64,000 nt of DNA from an uncultured virus (IMG/VR IMGVR_UViG_3300028364_000031). Its lineage: Duplodnaviria > Heunggongvirae > Uroviricota > Caudoviricetes. The translations under genes and the position numbers were made by a program. The stretch is from the IMG/VR virus record IMGVR_UViG_3300028364_000031. The stretch is one strand, 5' to 3'. Below are positions 57,777-64,000 of this stretch, in pieces. How positions within the stretch are numbered: the stretch's first letter is position 1; each line of letters opens with the position of its first letter. Below the pieces are notes generated by a model that searched no databases, was not told the origin of the DNA, and saw only the letters and a list, made by a program, of their open reading frames with translations.

Positions 57777-58547
57777 GTGTTGCTTTATATCATGAATGAT
57801 CCAAGTATTCTATTCCTCTCGTGCGCAAATGCCGCGTATTACAAATTCGTTACACCTTTCTTGTACAGTGTTTTGACAACACAAGAAAATTCTAAAGCGG
57901 AAATATTTCTGGAATCAAAAGAAGATTTCTACAACACTCACGGTAAAGAAATAGAGGTGTTGAATGAGATATTAGGAGATCGTTTCGTTCTTAACGAGAA
58001 AAGTTTCAAAGGTGTAATACCGCATGCTGTTAGATTTCTATACGAGCCTGAAACCAAATGTGACTATGTATACATTTCAGATGTCGATATTTTTTTCACA
58101 GAGTACAACGTTTTGGGGTCACACCGGAAGGCTATGGAAGAAAGTGGTCAGAGTTTTTCTAACATAGTTCGGAAAAACACATGTAGGTTGACTGGGCTAC
58201 ATGTTACCAAGTGGGATTCGTTTTACCCTATCCCGAGCCACGAAGAAATAATTTCTGAGTGGAAAAACGATGAACAAATTTTATATCACCTAGTCAAAAA
58301 AAAGTTGGGGGAGGAACCGAGAAAGGACTTAGTCTTTAGGCCCGTACATGGAATCCACACGAGTCCTAATAGGAAAATTGCGAATGGTATTAATGGTCAG
58401 TCGTGGGAAATAGATAAACCCAAGGCAATCAATTGGGTAGCACTTACTCGAAACCCGGAATGGCGAGCAATTTCGCAACATTTGGGTAAGGTATATTTAT
58501 CAATAATGTCGGAAATTGATTTGTATATAAAACGGTACGGTTTGTGA
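57777..58547 (+). CDS. Putative GT-A glycosyltransferase
   Basis: VRFL..P..YVYISDVDI (DxD), DEQILY. Confidence 0.6.
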   Translation: MLLYIMNDPSILFLSCANAAYYKFVTPFLYSVLTTQENSKAEIFLESKEDFYNTHGKEIEVLNEILGDRFVLNEKSFKGVIPHAVRFLYEPETKCDYVYISDVDIFFTEYNVLGSHRKAMEESGQSFSNIVRKNTCRLTGLHVTKWDSFYPIPSHEEIISEWKNDEQILYHLVKKKLGEEPRKDLVFRPVHGIHTSPNRKIANGINGQSWEIDKPKAINWVALTRNPEWRAISQHLGKVYLSIMSEIDLYIKRYGL

Positions 58548-58556
58548 GAAATGTAT

Positions 58557-59210
58557 TTAGTTCCGCAGTCGCAGGGTTTGCACTGCTTGTTTCAGATGTT
58601 CCTCAATATCCGAAACTTTCCAAAGCATCATATATCTGTCTCCACCACCATCTATAACGCTCTCTACGCAAGATGTCGCTGGTAAGTTAAAGGGAGATTT
58701 AGTGAGATCAAAATACCTCCACTGTCCCGTCTTTATGTCTTTGTTCTTAAAGTTGGTTTGTGTTATATGGCTTGTAATCATCACGTACTTACTATTTGAA
58801 AGTAGCACATTTTCAAACACTTTGGCTATATCGCCATAAGAAAGATGGAACAAGCAATCTCTACAGAACAGTAAATCTCCTGTAGGGAGAGGGTCATTAA
58901 CCAAGTCGATCTGAATAAAAGATATATTTTCAGTAGAAAATTGTTTTTTGTTCGCTTCTACCGCTCCTACCACTATGTCTCCACCAACATACTCTATGTT
59001 CCATGGAACGCTTTTCATCCAGTAAAAGTCTCCACACGGAATGTCTAAGAATTTTTTAATGTCATATTTTTTCACAATGGTGGGGATAGCTGATCGTAGT
59101 GTTTTCGTTCTTTCCATTCCAGAACTTGGCCCACTACGAGATTCTTCACCCTTCCAAGAGTTTTTTTCGTAGATGTTGGTAAAAATTGTTTCGCTATTCA
59201 TATGACTCAT
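58557..59210 (-). CDS. Class I SAM-dependent methyltransferase
   Basis: F..IY..N.W...SG.SS, LDIPCGDF.WM, YVGGDIV, DLLFCRDCLFHL. Confidence 0.88.
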   Translation of the reverse strand: MSHMNSETIFTNIYEKNSWKGEESRSGPSSGMERTKTLRSAIPTIVKKYDIKKFLDIPCGDFYWMKSVPWNIEYVGGDIVVGAVEANKKQFSTENISFIQIDLVNDPLPTGDLLFCRDCLFHLSYGDIAKVFENVLLSNSKYVMITSHITQTNFKNKDIKTGQWRYFDLTKSPFNLPATSCVESVIDGGGDRYMMLWKVSDIEEHLKQAVQTLRLRN

Positions 59211-60052
59211 TGCGTCTCATCGCGTACAGAATGGTTTATCATCTCAAGCCCGGAAAAGAACATTGTGCTTTCAGTTATATTAATTCTTTTTGTGTAGTCT
59301 ACTAATGCCTTTACATCTTTCGGTAAGCATGCCCCACCGTAGCCCCTCTTTCCATCAGGGCCGGGAACTTGTAGGTTATGTCCCCACCTCTTGTAATTAA
59401 GTTCCAGAAAATCGCCAAAGATGTCAATGAACTCAGAATAGTCCATTCCTGATTCATCGATGTCCTGAAACATCTGATAAATGCAGTTGGCGAAGATTAC
59501 TCTGGTTGCGTTGTATGTGTTGGACGCATACTTGAGTAAGGACAGCTTCTCGACGTTCGAGAACCTTACAATCTCCTTATTGCAGTCGGACGTATTGATG
59601 TATTGCTCAAACGCCTTGTAGTCCACCTCAGACGTTGCATAGACATAATGTTTTTCCATATCCAGCAAATCCTGAACGGCACATCTTTGTCGTAGGAATT
59701 CTGGATTATAAATTGTTAAGTCTGGATAGCACTTGAATAACTCTGCAACAATGTCTGGCGGTGTTGTACTTTTTAGAACAAGTGGCCTCACAGTGGTTCC
59801 AATTTCTTCTATTTCATCTAATACACTTGTGATGTAACTCGAATCGAATTTTCCGTCAACCGTTGGAGAAGGCACACATAGGAAAATAATATCTATGTCA
59901 GATTGTAGAAAGTTTTTCAGGGTGCTGAATGAGACAACACCATTTTCTTCTGCATCTATTTCTCTCACATCGTAAACGTGAACTTCGCCCGAGGTAAAAG
60001 TGTCTCCCGTGGCCTTTCCGATAACACCGTATCCTATTATTCCTATGTTCAT
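59207..60052 (-). CDS. UDP-glucose/GDP-mannose dehydrogenase family protein
   Basis: GIIGYGVIG, CVPSP, KSTTPP, NPEFL, KYASN, GYGGACLPKD. Confidence 0.92.
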   Translation of the reverse strand: MNIGIIGYGVIGKATGDTFTSGEVHVYDVREIDAEENGVVSFSTLKNFLQSDIDIIFLCVPSPTVDGKFDSSYITSVLDEIEEIGTTVRPLVLKSTTPPDIVAELFKCYPDLTIYNPEFLRQRCAVQDLLDMEKHYVYATSEVDYKAFEQYINTSDCNKEIVRFSNVEKLSLLKYASNTYNATRVIFANCIYQMFQDIDESGMDYSEFIDIFGDFLELNYKRWGHNLQVPGPDGKRGYGGACLPKDVKALVDYTKRINITESTMFFSGLEMINHSVRDETQ

Positions 60053-60112
60053 TTGTTTCCCTAGATTGTTTCAAATATTTAGTTTAAAACCATTATACCG
60101 TCTGTTCAATTT

Positions 60113-60202
60113 TGGCGGAAGGAGTGGGTGTCGAACCCACACCTCGGCTCACGCAGAGGGACACCTTTCCAAGATGCTTGATACGCCAATTTCCGTCCTT
60201 CC
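60113..60202 (-). tRNA. tRNA-Ser(GGA)
   Basis: Loop TT-GGA-AA, long variable arm, G73-CCA. Confidence 0.88.
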
Positions 60203-60481
60203 TAATATTAAAAAGCGCACAACTCTCCAACCTTCTGGAATATTGTGTGCCACCTGTTTGGAAAAGTTTTGTACCCACGAACGGGTAAAGTTGGTGGGTG
60301 AGTCAAAACTCCTTGCATGAATGTAGTCACGATACATTGTAGTACATTCCCCATCAAGTTTTTCAGTTATGTATACACTCTTTCCCTCAAAGTGCTCCAC
60401 GCTGTTCAGTTTATGATTATCACTCGTGGCATTGCTCCACGGGAGGTGAGGTGTTCTTGGGTATTTAAATAAGCTAGTCAT
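60149..60481 (-). pseudogene. Truncated RNA ligase-family gene
   Basis: KYPRTPHLPWS and ITEKLDG present, but similarity stops after IPEGWR and the frame runs into tRNA-Ser; later motifs missing. Confidence 0.75.
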
Positions 60482-60483
60482 AT

Positions 60484-61092
60484 CTATCCATTTTTTATAT
60501 CAAATATTTCTCGGGTAGGAGCTTCCATTCGTTGAACCCCTATACCATCTTCAAGGGGATTTGAAAAATCGGGATCACATTTTTTAATATAATCCACTGA
60601 CCCCAACCCCATGGGTCCATCAGGTTCCAAGTCCGAATAATTCAACCACTGAAGAGCAAATCCCAATAGTTCGAACCGTTCACCCTCGAACACCCCAATT
60701 ATTTCCATTTTATCACCATTATCTGCTGCATCGATTAGATCGATTTTATATTCGTCCTTCACATACAGTTTGACAGCGTTTGTTGATATTTTCTCTAATG
60801 CCCCATTTGCGAGTTTCCAGTCATCTATAAATATATACTGTGTCGGAGGACAAAGAATCATTGGGAAATTGTAGCGCCAGAGGGGGTCAGTGCACCATTC
60901 TTCTTTTAAAAAAGAGTATAGGGCTTGAGCACTAACTTTATTTTCGGGTAGATTTCCCGCCAAACTCAAATCGATTGTGCGATTTCTAATATCAATTATT
61001 ACTTCGACATCTCGGTTTAGTTTGCGTGGATTGTCTATAACTAGCCTACTTTCACAGGGTCTATCTTTTAATTGTATTTCTAATTTATCCAT
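60484..61092 (-). CDS. Chimeric protein: MDKLEIQL family with inserted copy of a virion-gene segment
   Basis: TIDLSLAGNL..V..QALYSFLKEEW..FPM matches 49814..51217. Confidence 0.75.
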   Translation of the reverse strand: MDKLEIQLKDRPCESRLVIDNPRKLNRDVEVIIDIRNRTIDLSLAGNLPENKVSAQALYSFLKEEWCTDPLWRYNFPMILCPPTQYIFIDDWKLANGALEKISTNAVKLYVKDEYKIDLIDAADNGDKMEIIGVFEGERFELLGFALQWLNYSDLEPDGPMGLGSVDYIKKCDPDFSNPLEDGIGVQRMEAPTREIFDIKNG

Positions 61093-61267
61093 GTTTTACA
61101 TCTTTTTTTTCGGATCGTCCACAAGTGTTACACTTCCAAACATCGATCAACTCTAATGTATCTTGGTTTATCGGTGGGCGCGGCACTAAGTAGCGAGTAT
61201 TTATATCGTATTTGGGATCAATGGCTGTCCCTATTTCCATTTTTGTTTTGCACTGTTTACAAATCAT
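61085..61267 (-). CDS. Small zinc-ribbon protein
   Basis: CKQC...CNTCG. Confidence 0.7.
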   Translation of the reverse strand: MICKQCKTKMEIGTAIDPKYDINTRYLVPRPPINQDTLELIDVWKCNTCGRSEKKDVKHG

Positions 61268-61665
61268 GCTAATATTTCCTTAAAGGAATCCACCCTTCCG
61301 CATCCGTTCCAACGTTCATCATCGTAACCCCAAGACACAAGGCGAAACCCGAACAAATCGTATTTTTTGTCCCCATACACTCCGATTACGTCCATGCCAT
61401 TCCAGTTTTCTGCTACACTTATTAATTCCTGTGTATATTCTTCCTTCATGTGTATTCTGATATCACCCATTATCGCCATTCCCTTAACACGCATTGTGCT
61501 TTGGGGCAACTCTTCTTGTTTTCCTAGTATCTGTTCCCCAAAGGGTAAAACATGGAATAAGGTCGACAGTGCCGACAGTGCCAAACTGGGGTCACCTACT
61601 GGAATTTTTATAACATCATAAGTAACTGGGGGTTTATCTATCAGTTGTATCTCTAATTTGTCCAT
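61264..61665 (-). CDS. Hypothetical protein, paralog of 60484..61092
   Basis: MDKLEIQL, KEEY..LI..A, IGV....L.GF.L..W. Confidence 0.75.
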   Translation of the reverse strand: MDKLEIQLIDKPPVTYDVIKIPVGDPSLALSALSTLFHVLPFGEQILGKQEELPQSTMRVKGMAIMGDIRIHMKEEYTQELISVAENWNGMDVIGVYGDKKYDLFGFRLVSWGYDDERWNGCGRVDSFKEILA

Positions 61666-61667
61666 AT

Positions 61668-62126
61668 CTATCGCTCTTCCATAAGTCGTTCATAATTTTT
61701 TATATCTGCCATTATCTCGTTCCATGTACCGCGATTAAAGCCTCCATCGGTGAGGTCATTCCCTCCAATTTCATATATACAGCTTGCAATGCAACCCAAA
61801 TAGTTGTTCGGTTCTTCCCAACTACTAGTAATGCTGTAGGATACTGTCGGTGAAGTAAGTGAAAAACTTACATCGACTCGACCATCCAACTCCAGTTCAA
61901 TTTCAATTTTTTCCACTTCGTCAATACTAAGAGTTTCAAAGACTGACTCTTCATCCGTTAACCACTCCATTAATAGTTTAATATGTTCACCCGCCACACC
62001 AGTTTTTGTTCTAAGCTGTTCAATAATATTGGCAGTCTCCTCTGTGGGTAATTTTCCACTGTCAATATAAAATTTCAGTCTCTTTGGTGTAGTAGTGCCT
62101 ACTTCAATATACGTTTCATGTTCCAT
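61668..62126 (-). CDS. Hypothetical protein
   Basis: Operon position. Confidence 0.7.
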   Translation of the reverse strand: MEHETYIEVGTTTPKRLKFYIDSGKLPTEETANIIEQLRTKTGVAGEHIKLLMEWLTDEESVFETLSIDEVEKIEIELELDGRVDVSFSLTSPTVSYSITSSWEEPNNYLGCIASCIYEIGGNDLTDGGFNRGTWNEIMADIKNYERLMEER

Positions 62127-62562
62127 TATTTTGTTCCGTAAATTCTAAAAGTTCCAATATTTCCAAAAGGTCTTCACCTTTATCGGTCAGCCAGCCGGGG
62201 ACTGATCCACCATGTTCCGTAAATTCTTCTTTATCCAACCAATAAAACATAAAATATCTAATTGCTTGAGTGTGGAACAATTGGTCGCCCTCAGTATTCC
62301 AATCTTCATAGGTATAGGTGGAATCTTTATTCCATTCAAGCAGTTTACACTTTTTGATATACCGCATTGCGTCTCGAACAAGTATGATAGGTTCTTCTGG
62401 ACACCCACATCCACAAAAACCGAAAAAGTTTATATGAATTATGTCGATCAACTCGTCATTACTTGGTGCAGTATATCGGAATTTGTCCTGCACGTACATA
62501 GCATCATGATCGCTACAATATGTTTTAGCGTAAGCCACTATTTTTTCTTTTATATCTTTCAT
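62116..62562 (-). CDS. Hypothetical protein (FCGCGCPE; EHGGSV.GWLT.KG)
   Basis: Operon position, conserved-looking motifs. Confidence 0.75.
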   Translation of the reverse strand: MKDIKEKIVAYAKTYCSDHDAMYVQDKFRYTAPSNDELIDIIHINFFGFCGCGCPEEPIILVRDAMRYIKKCKLLEWNKDSTYTYEDWNTEGDQLFHTQAIRYFMFYWLDKEEFTEHGGSVPGWLTDKGEDLLEILELLEFTEQNNGT

Positions 62563-62572
62563 CCTGTTATAC

Positions 62573-62893
62573 CTATTCTATGTGTTCTATCGCTTTACCG
62601 GGTTCAGCCTTTTTCCAGTCTGGCCAACTTCTATTTTCATTTTTAGATAGTTTAGCTGCCAATGTATCTACAATTTCTCTTGGAGAAACTGCTCCACCTT
62701 GACTACGCCATGCCCCATCGAACGCTAGGAGTATTACATCAATCCATTCCTCCAAATCCGTTGGGTCTTCTTCAATTTCTAGAAGTTCTTTTCGGATATG
62801 ATTAATTGCACCCCTCCAATTGTTGTTAGTGGGTGGGCCGAAGGTTTTTGCACTAAACTTTTGTTGTCGTTCAAGATGTTCTTCTAAGTTCAT
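62573..62893 (-). CDS. DUF550/MazG-like dNTP pyrophosphohydrolase
   Basis: FS.KTFGP, HIRKELLE, EWIDVILLAFDGAWR, KN..R.WPDW. Confidence 0.82.
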   Translation of the reverse strand: MNLEEHLERQQKFSAKTFGPPTNNNWRGAINHIRKELLEIEEDPTDLEEWIDVILLAFDGAWRSQGGAVSPREIVDTLAAKLSKNENRSWPDWKKAEPGKAIEHIE

Positions 62894-62897
62894 TTTT

Positions 62898-63221
62898 TTA
62901 ATCCCTTATGGTAAGCGGTAAGCCCCCAAGCACTTCGCTAGTGGACATAAAGTGAAAATCGGTAATCGAGTGGTCTGGGTGCGTAAAATTTAATAGGGTA
63001 TTGACTTCGCTATGTGTCAACCACTCAGAATCTACTACTTCCACATGGGTGTTTTTGGGTATGGGAAATATCGTGCTAGTTTCTAAGGATAAGAGTGCTA
63101 TACAGGATGTTACATTTGTGTACCCAATTATCTGGTAAAAATCAAAGGGACCCCGTTGAACAATTGTTCCAACTCTAATTCTATCGGAATTATCTTCGTC
63201 TTGCGGTCTAAATTTCATCAT
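62898..63221 (-). CDS. Hypothetical protein
   Basis: AAGGAG RBS. Confidence 0.7.
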   Translation of the reverse strand: MMKFRPQDEDNSDRIRVGTIVQRGPFDFYQIIGYTNVTSCIALLSLETSTIFPIPKNTHVEVVDSEWLTHSEVNTLLNFTHPDHSITDFHFMSTSEVLGGLPLTIRD

Positions 63222-63290
63222 TACTATGCTCCTTAATAAGGGTTAATTGTAGCAATAACGAGGATTAAAGTCAAGAAGAAGTAAATAATA

Positions 63291-63325
63291 TGGTGCAATA
63301 CGACTGAATTGAACAGTCGTATTGC
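63291..63325 (-). ncRNA. 35-nt tRNA minihelix (acceptor stem + T arm + ACCA)
   Basis: GCAATAC-GACTG-TTCAATT-CAGTC-GTATTGC-A-CCA. Confidence 0.75.
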
Positions 63326-63332
63326 ACAAATT

Positions 63333-63408
63333 TGGCAAGTGTGGAGGGAGTCGAACCCCCAACCGGCGGCTTTGGAGGCCGCTGCTCTACCAATTAAGCT
63401 ACACACTT
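63333..63408 (-). tRNA. tRNA-Trp(CCA)
   Basis: Cloverleaf, loop CT-CCA-AA, GCCA end. Confidence 0.93.
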
Positions 63409-63498
63409 ATTAATTGTTAATTTATCTCAGGGGGTCCAATAATTATACTAAAGCTCCTAACATCTGTGCCTACAAATGTAGCTTTTAGTTTATTACTA

Positions 63499-63705
63499 TC
63501 AATTAAAATCCGGTGGATTATTTTCTTCATCACACTTAACCTCAAATGGTGTATTGTGTTTTTGTAGAATCACTTCCAACTCTTCACGTATAAAAGCTCT
63601 ACGTGTCTCATCGTTCGTTGTACCAAGTATGTCGGGGTGTAATAACCTATTCATAAGCTCTTCTTTTAGTTCGTTCGATACTTCTTCTCTAATTGATTCT
63701 TTCAT
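63499..63705 (-). CDS. Hypothetical protein
   Basis: 68 aa ORF; start uncertain. Confidence 0.55.
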   Translation of the reverse strand: MKESIREEVSNELKEELMNRLLHPDILGTTNDETRRAFIREELEVILQKHNTPFEVKCDEENNPPDFN

Positions 63706-63736
63706 CTTTAACCCTTTTCAGTTTTTGGTTTTTCTA

Positions 63737-64000
63737 CTACAGCGTATTATCTTTACACTTTCTCAGATTATCTTTGTGACGATTTACTAGTTCTATAATG
63801 GCATCCAAATCCTCATCTCGAACCATGCAAGTATCCCAATGCGCTTGCCTACTGGATAGACCGAATACATATTTGAATGCTAACCACACTCGTTTCCACC
63901 AAGGCATATAGACGGAGAGTTGTGAATGAATATGAAGTTCACTATATGGGGGGGACATTTCGTCCACGCTCAAATCCTCATATAATGCAACAACAGTCAT
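63737..64000 (-). CDS. Hypothetical protein (possibly 5'-partial at window edge)
   Basis: Open to the window end. Confidence 0.6.
   Translation of the reverse strand: MTVVALYEDLSVDEMSPPYSELHIHSQLSVYMPWWKRVWLAFKYVFGLSSRQAHWDTCMVRDEDLDAIIELVNRHKDNLRKCKDNTL

Overview
AT-rich 64 kb piece of a large lytic dsDNA phage, most likely a T4-superfamily-like jumbo myovirus. The evidence is TATAAATA-type late promoters, strong sigma70 early promoters, many tRNAs, and RNA-repair and nucleotide-metabolism genes. No core capsid, polymerase, integrase, cas or reverse-transcriptase gene is visible. (1) 1-14 kb: about 20 co-oriented mini-cassettes (ArdC, SprT-like protease, SleB-like hydrolase, repeat proteins, many unknowns), separated by a ~150-190 bp repeated terminator/palindrome/promoter/RBS element with clear recombination scars, plus a 20x12 bp tandem repeat. 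(2) ~14.0-14.3 kb: back-to-back promoters at an apparent C-rich to G-rich strand switch (candidate origin or genome end). (3) 14-45 kb: accessory genes (Rnl2-like ligase, GNAT, macro/PARG-like, two kinase-like, AAA ATPase, GMP reductase, papain-like protease, TerD-family, Bfd, minimal class II aaRS, Thg1-like). Ten proteins in the window, most under late promoters, share an N-terminal [LI]-x-E leader resembling the T4 capsid-targeting sequence. (4) 45.8-53.1 kb: late virion/adhesin genes. (5) 34-63 kb: about ten tRNAs plus six tRNA-like RNAs that keep the acceptor stem and usually the T arm but lack a normal anticodon or D arm. One has a CUA loop and sits directly before the anticodon-domain-less aaRS. 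A glycosylation cluster is inserted among the tRNAs. All family calls come from motif recognition by eye, not from database searches.
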